A stretch of 63,738 bases of DNA, taken from the NCBI RefSeq assembly GCF_001194135.2, contig NC_068984.1, positions 81,203,177 through 81,266,914 on the forward strand. The letters are read 5' to 3'. The notes below the pieces were generated by a model. The model saw only the letters and a list, made by a program, of their open reading frames with translations, did no database searches and was not told the DNA's origin. Below are positions 26,955 through 38,550 of this stretch, piece by piece (the first letter of the stretch is position 1; the number at the start of each line of letters is the position of its first letter). Position numbers and translations under genes: made by a program. This DNA is from Octopus bimaculoides. Lineage: Eukaryota.

Positions 26955-28679
26955 AACACACAAACATATTCACACAAAAATGCATTAGAAGTATGCAAAA
27001 GAAACAGAATGCAGATAATATTTTGATGTTACTCTGAGATTTCTATGTGGCTTGAAGGTGATAAGAACTAAAAAGCATATACATCCTTTCAAAAGTGTAT
27101 ATATAATGTAAACAGCTACATAAATAATATAACTGCTATCTATCTACCCATCTATTTAGCTATCTATCAGTCTATCTCTCTAACTATCTATAAGTACAGG
27201 CACACCATGAAGAACACAAACAATAGAGAGCTCAATGACAATGTCAACAAATACACTCCAAAATTAAGAATTATTATAAACAAAATAGCCAAATAGATAA
27301 GCACACTGCCGCCACCATCAACACCACCACAAACAACAATCCTTATTTTTGTAAATAACAGGAAAAGTTTCAGCAAGTTTGTTCTGATATGAGCATGGCT
27401 GTGTGGTTAAGAAGTAAATTTCACAACCTGCAACACCTGAGGAAGTGTTTCCTATCACAGCTCCAGGCTGCCCAATACACAGAGAGTGAAATTTAGTTGA
27501 TGGCAACTTCATTGAAGCCCACCATGCATATCATCATCATCATCATTTAATATCCATTTCCTAAACTGGCATGGGTTGGATATATATATTTCATATATAT
27601 ATTATTTTATGTGTGTATGTGTGTGTGTTTATGTCCACCTTTCCATGGTGGCTTGCTTTGATGAAGACTTATTTAAGGCAATATTTGACAGCTGGATAAT
27701 CTTCCTGTCACCAATCTTCCCTTTACCTGGTTTTCCAGTAAGAGATTTTCATTCTTTCTATTCCACTTGTCCTTGCAAGGTGCAATGCTACAAGACATAT
27801 TGTTATTTGGGAGAAATAAACACAAAATCACCATTTTTTTTTTTACATACACTACATCATGCAAAGATGGCTAGCTTGTAAACACAGCAGAAGACACTTG
27901 GCTTGCCCAGGGTGCCACACAGCAGGAGAGAACCTGAAAATTCAGCCATGCCTGTGACATCCAGTCCATACTGGAAAGTGGTTGGCACTTGGAAAGGCAT
28001 CCAGCTGTAAAAACCATGCAAAAGTAGACCTTGCCATTGCTGGTGCCACACAAGAAGCACTCAGTCCACTCTGTAAGATGGCTAGCATTAAGATGGACAT
28101 TCAGCTGTAAAAATCATACCAAAATAGACAGTGAAGTCTGATGCAGTCTTCCGGCTTGTCAGTTCCTGTCAAATTGTCCAACCCATGACAGCAGGGGAAA
28201 TGGATGTTAAATGATGATAATGATAACAAAACTGGTTTGATTGTGTGGTCATGAAGGTTACTTCATAACCACATGGTTTCATGTTTAGTCTTACAGCATG
28301 CCACCTTGAGCAAGTGTCTTCTACTTATAGGTGCAGGCATGGCTGTGTGGTAGATGTGGGTCGGTGACATAAAAACATGTGTATTATTCACCAATGTAAA
28401 CTGGCAAAAGATGTAAACACTAATGAGAAAAGAGAAATTGTGCTTGTCAAGCAAAGTGCCTTGTGATATTTATTTCCCCCCAAGTAACAAGACACTCTTT
28501 TGTCACTGCCTACAGTCAGAAATAAAGAGAAACAGTGATGGGCCCAATGGAAACTTGTAAACAATAACACTATTGTGCACAAAGATAAGTTGGAAGGAAT
28601 AGAATAGAAAATGAATAATTTCCTCAGTAAGGATATCACTCATAAAGTCCAAATATAATATCAAAATCTGAGAACTTAC

Positions 28680-31600
28680 CAATGAGAGAACTGTGTGCAT
28701 ATCGAAGTGCATCCATGATAACACTCTCAACAGCGTAGTTGCTTTGGTAATCTCCCCGAGGTGGGTTTCGGTTTAAGAAGTTTTGAAGTAAGCGTTCAAA
28801 CTGACTTGGTAAATGCTGGATTAGTTGGTAATGGATGGATTGGGAGTTGAAGTTCATGTAAGTAATCATCAAATCCCGGAGTAGTGGGAAGAGGGGATGA
28901 GAGCGGTAAGCACTAGATTTGTCCATGATGAGATGTTCAATAAATGCTTCTTGCGAAGACAGCATTGGTGGACGGTGAGAAAACTTACAGTTTGTAGAAA
29001 CCCCCATTGGACAGTTTGGATCTCCAGAATGTGGAGGAAACTGCATATGTTGAAGTCCAGCATTAGGAATTTTGGCCTGGGGCACCATTTGTACAGGTTG
29101 CATTGAATTTACAGGCTGCGGAACTTGATGATTAACATTTGCCCCTCTCCCCATATCTACTGGCCAATTACCCTGGGGACATGCCTGTGGTGGCATATTG
29201 CCATTCAGCATGTTTGGATGATGGTGAGGACCTAAATGGTTAGATGGAAGATCCATCCCTACTCTGTTTCTAATTTCCATGTGTGACATGTTGGGGTTTG
29301 AAATGGAATGAGGTGGTACAGATGATTGGACACACTGTGACGGCGGCCGGACTGCACTCCGGGGGCACATGTAGCGTGAATTTGAATGATGCATTTGTAA
29401 AGAATTGTTCATATTCATAGGAAGGTATCCTTGTTGCTGATGTAACTGTTGCTGCTGCTGCTGTTGTTGCTGTTGCTGATGATGTTGTTGCTGTGACCAC
29501 GATTGTGCTGGCAGTTGATTCTGTGATGTCATGTGAGCATCATGCATGTAGGGTTGTTTTTGAGCACTGTACCCTTGACTATCAGGGTCTTGTTTAAATG
29601 GTTTCATAACTGGTGCTAACTGGTTAGGCATTCCAGGGTAACCCCCAACATGCTCCGCGTTATGTTGCAAATGCTGATTAGCTTCCAACCCTTTTGGTAA
29701 ACAGGCACTCTGATAAGCCGGTCCTGAATGGGCCATTGTTTGTTGCATTGCCTGACCCATTTCACTACCTTGCGATCTGTAATTAGTGAAAGAAGTATTA
29801 GGGGAGGGCTGAGGTGGGATGTTAGAGGAGTGAGAATTAGATGGAGGAAAGTCAGAGTTTGTCATGATACAACTTCCATTGGGTTGACCAGTATAATCTG
29901 AGCTGCCATAGTTACCAACTCTTTGGCAAGGGTTCTGATTATGTTCAGAATTCAGAGATTCTTTTCCAAAGTTGGTGGGAAAGTCTACAACTGCATTATT
30001 ATTGTCCAAACCAGTTTGATCAGAAGTGGGCACACCTTGAGAAAATTCATGATAAGGATTAATTGTGGCCTGCCCATTGTTACTAGGCACTGTGTAGGGA
30101 GCCACATCTTTGCTATGATTGAGTCGTGGAAGTATTTTAGATTGAACTGATTTCTGTGATGGATCTGATGAACATGTTGACATATTTGTAGACATATTAA
30201 ACCCATATTGCTGGATACAACCTTGATGAGATGATTGTTTGTTGCAGGAAGCATATGCATTAGCTTGTTGCTGGGAAGAATATTGCTTCATGTTAGAAAT
30301 ATGTTCTCTTTGATTTTGGTTCATTGCAGCACCAGACAACATCATGTTTTCAGTCTTCACAACTGATTGTCCGGCCATGTCCGACCTGTTATACATCATT
30401 TGCTGTGGGTGGTGATGCTGCTGGGAAGGCTCTGTTTTGATGGTCAAGCTATCTTGTGATGACAACATGTCGTTACTTTGGCATACCGAAGACTGTGAAC
30501 TGTAACTTTTCACACTTGCTGCATCTCCAGAGAAGTAGCCCTGATCAAGGGGTGACTCTAAAGTTCTACCATTGTTACCCTTTTGTAAAGCAGCCAACTG
30601 CTGATCATCATACTTAAAGCTGCAATTCGACATAGGACGCATTGGCTGGTGCAAACAATCCGCATGTGATAGTTTTGCAGTGTTATTGAAGTTGTGATGA
30701 TTGTTCGACATTTTCATGTGGTGTTGCATATTTTGGACATTGACCACAGGGGGTGAGGGACGGCCATATTTGTTCTGAGGCTGTAAAGCGTAGGCTGAGT
30801 TATGTTGACGATACATTTCAGGTTTCCCAGGAGGAGCATGTCCGTGATTCTGAGACTGAGGACAGTTATTGTTGTTGTTATTACTGTTATGGTGGTGTAC
30901 ATCATTACTGCTGCCAATACCCACCATATTGTATTTTGAAGACGTGGGGTTATGGTTCATAATTTTGGGTGGGCCTTCAGCAAAGGTTACTGTTCGAGTA
31001 TGAAAGTTAGAATTTTCTCCCGATGAAGGTGTAGAGCAATGTGGATGATGTTGATGAGAGCCACCACAACAGCTATGAGTCATAGATGATGACATGTAGG
31101 AGGAATGCATGCAGTTGGTGGGAGTGGTTTGTTGTTGACTTTGAGGCATTGGGTGATAGTTACTGTGTTTATTGGTGGAATTTGATGGAACTGATGAGGT
31201 TAGTTGTGTTGGAGCGCAAGGAGCCTTGAACCCTTGCTCTGACTGCATGTGAAGAGGTGTACTGATTGCTTTACCAACGTAAGACTGGGAAGATTTACCA
31301 TGATGCATTGGTTTCCCAGACATATGACGGGGCAGTGAAGAAGACACGTTGTTCATGAGCGGATAATGAGGGCTACTCATATGTTGAATGTTCTCTTTAC
31401 CCATTGGCATTGATAAGTTTGGCATCATTGGACCTTTCATCCCCATTCCCATATCTGGTGTTCTATGCATTTGATGAGTAATATCTACAGAGTTGCAGTA
31501 GTTTTCATTTGTTTGTGTGTTGTTCATCTGTGATGTCTGGTCCATCATATAGTCAATTAAATCAATATCCATACTGTCCTTTATGCCCATATCCTCGCAT

Positions 31601-31758
31601 ATCTCCTCCAGCAGTTCATTTGGAAGACGTTCATCATCCATTTCTTCAGGTACAGGAGAAGCTGGGGTAGTAGGAGAACTGAGAGCATCCAAACCAGACG
31701 CTGATACTGAAGTGACACTTGATGTTGAAGGGCTGGGAGGTGCATCACGGTACTCCAT
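28680..31758 (-). CDS. Coding exon A (giant exon 31761-28680): ~950-aa low-complexity region plus first part of the MEINOX/HM-like domain
   Basis: Core of the 1052-aa ORF 28636..31794. The acceptor tttttctatttcAG|TTG ATG is at 31762/31761, so the ORF's first 11 residues (MIFIYLFFLFQ) are intronic polypyrimidine tract. The donor ATT G|GTAAGT is at 28680/28679 (phase 1). It contains DKSSAYRSHPLFPLLRDL, similar to Meis/Pknox HM1 (DKxAIYxHPLFPLLAL). Confidence 0.92.
29431..29492 (-). repeat. Coding polyQ/H tract in exon A
   Basis: [23 protein letters not shown] in the 1052-aa ORF. Confidence 0.9.
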
Positions 31759-34308
31759 CAACTGAAATAGAAAAAATAAATATATGAAAATCATATCAAT
31801 ATTTAGAATTGGAAATTTTGAGGGAAAGGTCTCCCCCTACCAAATATATATGTACACACATGAATACATAAGTCAACAAAGGAACATCTTCATGAACATT
31901 CAACCTGCTCCAAATGGCTGCCAAATTTCAACAAACCATGCTCTACTGTCTTAAAAGGAAGAACACAGTGCATATATTGTAGTCCCACTGCGGTGTAACT
32001 GAATAAAACAAGACTGTCATGACTGGACTGCCTTGGAAGGCTGAACTGCTTTTATTTCAATAGTTGTTTCTAACATGTTAAGCTATGAAAACGGCCTCTC
32101 TATGGTTATACAGCATGCCAAAAATAGCTGCTAAATTTCCCTCAAACATCTTTAAATCAGACAGGATGAGCATAACCAGAATGATTTTTGTCATAAGTTT
32201 GATCAGTCGCAACAAACCAGGAGCTAAACATCAACAACAAATAAAAAATAAAGCCCCTCGGGGATAAGATGCTAGTCTCTTTGATGATGATGATCACATA
32301 CCTATTTCAGATATCAGGTGAACTGAAGCAATGAAGAATAAACTGCTTAAACCCAAGAACATGATGAATGAAATTGCTCGCAACAGAAATGGATCTATGA
32401 CTATTTCATCTCTACACCTCCAACATCATCATCATTTTTTTTAATGTCCACTTTTCCATGCTTGCCTGGATCAGATAGAATTCATTGATGCAGATATTTT
32501 CTGTAGCTGGATGCCTTTTCTGTCACCAACCCTCACCTGTTCCCAAGTAAGGTAACATTCCCCCATAATCAGACATGTTTTGACCAAATATTGGAAATGA
32601 AGGACCACTTGCTTGATGGTGACACTAGTTTACAACCATCACATGATGTCAGGGCAAGGAGACAGTGACATATGCACACATATATATACATATGTGCCAC
32701 ACAGTGGAATTGAATCCAAAACCATGTGGTTGGGAAGCAAGCTTCTTACCACACAACAATGTCTGTGCTTTGCCATACCTACAATAATTATTCCCCATTG
32801 CCTTTCAGTTTAAGCATTTTCAGTTTTATGTATATCTCTTTCTGAAGCAAGGCACTAGTTAATATTTCCATTCAGCGAACTATTAGTTTTGAGCTTGCAA
32901 TTCAGTAACTCTTAAGGAAATCACGAGAGTGTCAACATTTTGAAATGTGATATTTTTGTTGTGACAACAGTTTATGAAACACCATTAAAACATCAACTTT
33001 TGATACAGTTATTTGTTACAGGAATATGCTTTGAAGTCAACATAGTCATTACGCTCAGTGTAAACAAACAAGTTAAGGTTTAAAAGTATATTATAAAAAT
33101 GCTACACAGAATTAAAATAAGATGCATGGCTTCAAGGCATGGGCATGGTTATTGGGGCAGGTGTGACTAGAGATACAGGTATGATTGTCTAGTAAGAAGT
33201 TTGCTTCCCAAATAAATGGTTTTATCCCACTGAGTGGCACCACAAGCAAGTATTTTTTTACAGGTTTACCAAAGCTATATGAGTGGATTTGATAGATGGA
33301 AACTGAAAGAAATCTGTTGTGTGTGTGTGCATGCATGTGTGTGTTTGTGCATGCATGTGTGTGTTTGTGCATATGTTTCTGTCTACTTGCTTTGTCTTTG
33401 CATGATAGTTGTAAACGAGTGTCACTCTCATGAGAGTGGTCCCCTTCATTTCCAATCTTCTAACAAACAGGTATGGTCGTTGGAAAATACTACCTTATTT
33501 GACAACTTATAAAGCATGCTATAAGAGAAAGGGCCTAGGAAAATTACCTTGTATTTTGTAATATACACAAGGTCAAAGTTTAGATAGACAAGTGTTGTGG
33601 CTTAAAATTGCTGTGTGCTTTATAAGCTCATGCACCTTATATGTTGACAGTTAGCAAGAAAGAGTGGGGTGTGTGAAATAGCGAGACACATAGATAGAAC
33701 AAGAAGGGCTGCTTCTGGAACAAATTTGACAGCTGAAAATTTAGAGAAATTCAGATATTGTAATGTAGGGCCCAGATAAAGATCAAAATATTGACCATAG
33801 ATCTTGGTATCTACCCAACTCTAAACCTTAATTTCATGCTACGATCAAGATATTAGCTTGATTGGGACTAGTAACTGAGAACAAACTGTAACTTTATTTC
33901 CTCAGGTTAGCTAGTTAACCATTTCTAGACTACAATGATCTATAGAACTGAGCTAGGCAACCAAAGATACATAGAACTAAGCTATGCAACAATTTCTGTA
34001 GATAACCACAGAACTGAATAATTAACCAATGCTTGACACTTCTTACCACACAGCTATGCCATTCATTATTAACCTTTTTTTTCCTTCTGGTTACTAGTAC
34101 TTAGGCAACACTACATAACAGTGAGGTCAGCACTGCTTTTTTTCCAACTATTTTTCTTTGTTTCTCCTTGTTTTAGTTTTAAAAAGAAAAAAAAAAAAGG
34201 CAAATTTTTAAAACACATTTTTTCATAGGTTGTCCCTGTCAGAAAGGTAGACAACAAGACTGAAATATTCTACAAAATGAAGTGAAATTATTGATTGAAG
34301 AGCTTTTT

Positions 34309-34941
34309 NNNNNNNNNNNNNNNNNNNNNNNNNNNNNNNNNNNNNNNNNNNNNNNNNNNNNNNNNNNNNNNNNNNNNNNNNNNNNNNNNNNNNNNNNNNN
34401 NNNNNNNNNNNNNNNNNNNNNNNNNNNNNNNNNNNNNNNNNNNNNNNNNNNNNNNNNNNNNNNNNNNNNNNNNNNNNNNNNNNNNNNNNNNNNNNNNNNN
34501 NNNNNNNNNNNNNNNNNNNNNNNNNNNNNNNNNNNNNNNNNNNNNNNNNNNNNNNNNNNNNNNNNNNNNNNNNNNNNNNNNNNNNNNNNNNNNNNNNNNN
34601 NNNNNNNNNNNNNNNNNNNNNNNNNNNNNNNNNNNNNNNNNNNNNNNNNNNNNNNNNNNNNNNNNNNNNNNNNNNNNNNNNNNNNNNNNNNNNNNNNNNN
34701 NNNNNNNNNNNNNNNNNNNNNNNNNNNNNNNNNNNNNNNNNNNNNNNNNNNNNNNNNNNNNNNNNNNNNNNNNNNNNNNNNNNNNNNNNNNNNNNNNNNN
34801 NNNNNNNNNNNNNNNNNNNNNNNNNNNNNNNNNNNNNNNNNNNNNNNNNNNNNNNNNNNNNNNNNNNNNNNNNNNNNNNNNNNNNNNNNNNNNNNNNNNN
34901 NNNNNNNNNNNNNNNNNNNNNNNNNNNNNNNNNNNNNNNNN
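34309..34941. other. Assembly gap (633 N)
   Basis: Run of N. There are also 10-N gaps at 51908-17, 55960-69, 56701-10 and 57682-91. Confidence 0.99.
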
Positions 34942-35043
34942 AAACAGAAAAAAATTTTTCTTCATGTTGTAAAGAAGTAGAACAAGGAGTTGAGCAAAGT
35001 TGTTCTTCAGAAAGTGAGGGCTACATACAAGTAATGAAAATAT

Positions 35044-35374
35044 AACTAGAAAAGCACTCGGAGAGCGCAGACCTCTGCCAAAACGGAAATAAACTTTGGA
35101 AACAGCAATGCCACCATAGGTTATGTGGAAACGATGAACGTGTTTTCAAGGGAGATAATCAAAGAACGTAACCTTATAATACTTCATATCCTTCAAGAAT
35201 CCATACAAATTCGCGGATCACTACCAAAATTTCATCATCTGTTCCTTGTGTCATTACCAACTTTTCCTGCAAGTTTCATCAAATACCGTTCACAACTTTT
35301 TCAGTTATTTTACACACAGACGGACAGACCAACGCCGATGAAAACATAACCTCCTTCCTTGGCGGAGGTAATAA
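35044..35374 (-). mobile_element. Helentron-associated non-autonomous element (HINE/DINE-1-like), complete
   Basis: Subterminal inverted repeats ACCTCTGCC (35071-79) / GGCGGAGGT (35361-69). It has a short stem ACCTCC/GGAGGT at one end, a GCACTC-GGA-GAGCGC hairpin plus CTAG at the other, and T-rich insertion sites. Confidence 0.75.
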
Positions 35375-35938
35375 CGATTTCTGGTTTAGGCATAAGGCCA
35401 GTAATTTTGAGGGGAGGGAGATAGTCAGTGTCACTGACCCCAGTACTTATTTTTAAGTCTGATACTTATTCTATTGGCTTTCTTCACTGAACCACCAAAT
35501 TATAGGGATGTAAACAAACCAGCATTGAAGTGGAGAGTGGGTGGAGATAAACACAAAGGCACACACAAGTGGGCCCTATATTCCAATTCCAGGATTTCTC
35601 AAAATTTTCAACTGCCAGGTTTGTCACTGAAACAACATTAACCCTTTAGTATTCAGATTACTTTATCAAATGTAATTCTTATTTATTCACATTCCTATTA
35701 GGATGAAACTGTGCAGTCCAATGTTCTAGCTTTGCTTCACTCAAGGAGCAGTTATCTACCCTGTCGCTGTATATAAATGTGCTTTTTCACAACTATAAGT
35801 GGCTTAACTGTTATTTCTAGCAATATATGTGCTTGTAGCCACATACAATCACAATTAGTGATGACTTAATTTTGCCGATACAATATTATATATATATATA
35901 TTATATATTATATATATATATATTATATATCATATATA

Positions 35939-36830
35939 GAGAGGATGTGGTGAATAAACTGTCATCTAAATTACGCAAAAATTAAAATAACACTAACATC
36001 TCATTTTAACAGATATATTTACCAAAATTAACATAAAAATATCTTGAAATACTAAAGTGTAAATTTATTCAATAAAATCACCATTGGCTTCAACCACAGC
36101 CTCCAGTTGACTTCAGAATCTCCTGCAACTCTTCTGGATAGTCTCCTTGTTTAAGTTGGTGAATGCTGCCATAATCCTTGCCTTCAGTTCATCTTTGGTG
36201 TGTTGCAAGGAGTTTTGTTGATATCTCACTCAACTGCACCCCACAAATAATAATCAAGGGGGTTGCAGTCTGGGGAGTAAGGTGGGCAGATGTTAGGGGT
36301 GGTGTAGTTGCAGAAATGGTCTGACAGTCAGGACTGGCTTCCCCTGCTTGTGTGGCATGTAGAATCCTGTTGCCAGACACAGGGTCTTCCAGCAACCACC
36401 TTCTTGACCCAGAGTAGCACTACCTCCTCCAGGCATTTGATGTAGGCCTCCATGTTGAGTCTGAGGTCACGTGGGAAGATGAATGGAGGCATAATATCAC
36501 CATCACTAGTGATCACTCCCCAAACACCATGGTGTTGACTGGATGTTTGATTTTTATCACTCTCAGAATATGTTTTGAGGACATGACAAACACTCAGAGT
36601 GACACCCAAACACTCTGAAACGTTTGTATCGGCTCTTCCGGCACGAATGCCAAGCAGTACAGCATGTTGTTTCCAAATTTCTAGCAGAGGGAATTGCATC
36701 ATGGTGCTGTTTTTCTCACAGATGATGCCCAAACTTACCCTATTATACAGCGTAGTCAACAAAATCAAAAACAATGTGCATGCGCGAAATTAAAAACATA
36801 AAATGGCAACAATTTACCCTTCACACCCTT
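35939..36830 (-). mobile_element. Decayed, internally deleted Tc1/mariner (DD37D, maT-like) element
   Basis: Fragments VWQQDS..CHTS and PPYSPDCNPLDYYLWGAVE...GDFIE*. Imperfect TIRs (GAGGATGTGGTGAATAAACTGT versus AAGGGTGTGAAGGGTAAATTGT), flanked by (TA)n. About 400 bp is missing relative to the 51.6-52.9 kb copy, near 36590. Confidence 0.85.
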
Positions 36831-36885
<55 letters not shown>

Positions 36886-36918
36886 GAATAATAAAAAAAG
36901 TTCTGGGTACAGTATAAT

Positions 36919-37270
36919 ATATTTGAAAAAATGAGTAGAGGGGATAATATTTATTTTAATGATAATGTTTACAGTTACTCTAATGAGTTTCGATAGCTGT
37001 TTTCAAATTGAAATTCTGTGGTTTAGAAGGGTGTTTACATAGCAAAAGATTTTTTCTTACAAGTATACAAATAAAAAAAATTATTTATTTTTATTTGTAT
37101 ACTTGTAAGAAAAAAATCTTTTGCTATATAAACAATCTTCTAAACCACAGAATTTCAGTTTGAAAATGGCTATTGATAAGCTTGAAACTCATTTAAGTAA
37201 CTGTTAACATTATCATTAAAACAAAAATTATCCCAGCAAAAGCCACCTCTACTCATTTTTTTTTAAATAT
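36919..37270. repeat. Foldback palindrome / MITE-like element, ~170-bp arms
   Basis: The left arm ATATTTGAAAAAATGAGTAGAGG...AGCAAAAGATTTTTTCTTACAAGTATACAAATAAAAA is matched in reverse by the right arm ending CCTCTACTCATTTTTTTTTAAATAT. The loop is at ~37079-37087. Confidence 0.9.
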
Positions 37271-38107
37271 ATAAAATTTAAATCCAAGCCTAAGATATTA
37301 GATCTTTGTAACATAATGTAATAAAGTGTTACTCTGATGATGATCACTTGTGGTTAAGCAATCCCATTGCATTTAGAACATCCAGTGCAGAGTTCCAAAT
37401 CAACACAATGGTGAAATGTATGTAGGAACAAATGATATAAATTTGTGTTTATCATAATTTCTTTGTATATCATAACCAGTAATACTACAAAGTACAGTAG
37501 TAATGCAACTAAATTTCTTCAAGGTAATGCCCCAGAATGGCCACAGTCTAAAGGCTGAAACAAGTAAAAGAAAATAAAAGAAATTCATCTGAATTAGTCA
37601 TGAATTTTCTTGAACATTTCCAAATTCAGTGGCATGATCGTTTATTTTTAAGGCCAGATCCAGCCAGTTTAAACATAAATCCAGTAGAATATTTTGGCTG
37701 GATATGACCGGTTCAACTGCTAAAAGGTTAAAGAGTTATGGTCTGCTCTTTTCTCTTTCAGTTTATCTATCTACCTATTTCTCAAACACCACTCCTTTCT
37801 CTTAATTGTTTGTCACTTATTTTCTTGCTCACTGCCAGCTTATAAAGTGCATGAGCTTATAAAGCAGACAGCAGTTTTAAACCACAACACTGACTTTGTG
37901 TATATTATAAAATAGTGGGTGATTTTCCAAGGCCTTTTCTTTTTTAAGTATGCTACATAAGTTATCAAATAAGGTAATATTTTCCCATGGCCAGACCTGT
38001 TTGCACGGAAGGTTGGAAATGAATGGCACCACTCTCATAACAGTGACACTTGTTAACAACTATTATGCAAACACAAGACAAGGAGACAGTAACACATGCA
38101 CATACAC

Positions 38108-38154
<47 letters not shown>

Positions 38155-38224
38155 ATGGATTCTACATAATTCCAGCCTGCCAAATCCACTCATAAGATAT
38201 TAGGAATCCTGTGGCTATAGTTGG

Positions 38225-38550
38225 GGAGCATCATAGCCATGTGTTAAGTAGAATTCTTTGGAGTTTGAATAATTCCCTCTGGAAACATGGGAGTTTTATT
38301 CATCATCCTTAAACAATCCTTATTCTCGAGCAGGATGAGCTACTTGACCCGAGGAAAATTCTAACTGGGCCCCACTGCAAGGTCATGCCCTATCTATCTA
38401 GATATGAGTCCACTATGTCACCCTCATGTGGTTGTGACTGCATGTGTCTGGTGTACTTTTATCAGATGGGTATATATTGGGCTTCGTATATTTGTGCCCC
38501 AGCTTCATGTTGATGGTGTGTGCAGCTCTCTCAATGATTATAATAACAAT
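38225..38550 (+). repeat. Interspersed SINE-like repeat with (TAA)-type tail
   Basis: GC-richer block (GAAAATTCTAACTGGGCCC...GCAAGGTCATG...) ending in ataataacaataa. It looks like a repeat, but there is only one copy in this window. Confidence 0.4.

Larger units (their letters stand above)
299..31761 (-). other. Gene model: atypical TALE-class homeobox gene with MEIS/PKNOX-N-like domain; five coding exons, ~1413 aa; 5' exon(s) not located
   Basis: I joined the exons by hand. All four introns are GT-AG and the phases match (1, 0, 0, 0). The joined frame is open: M...[18 protein letters not shown]...FDRSKHNA|SMDPG...PRLPLE|VLKEQ...SKKHPSLPKE|[18 protein letters not shown]...[13 protein letters not shown]. 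No symbol is given because it matches no canonical TALE family I recognise. Confidence 0.88.

Noticed and set aside
28869-31765. Short ORFs overlapping the giant exon on both strands
   Set aside because: Alternative-frame or antisense shadows of a long coding exon, with no independent features.
34282-34980. Three 225-232-aa ORFs
   Set aside because: Artefacts of reading through the 633-N gap.
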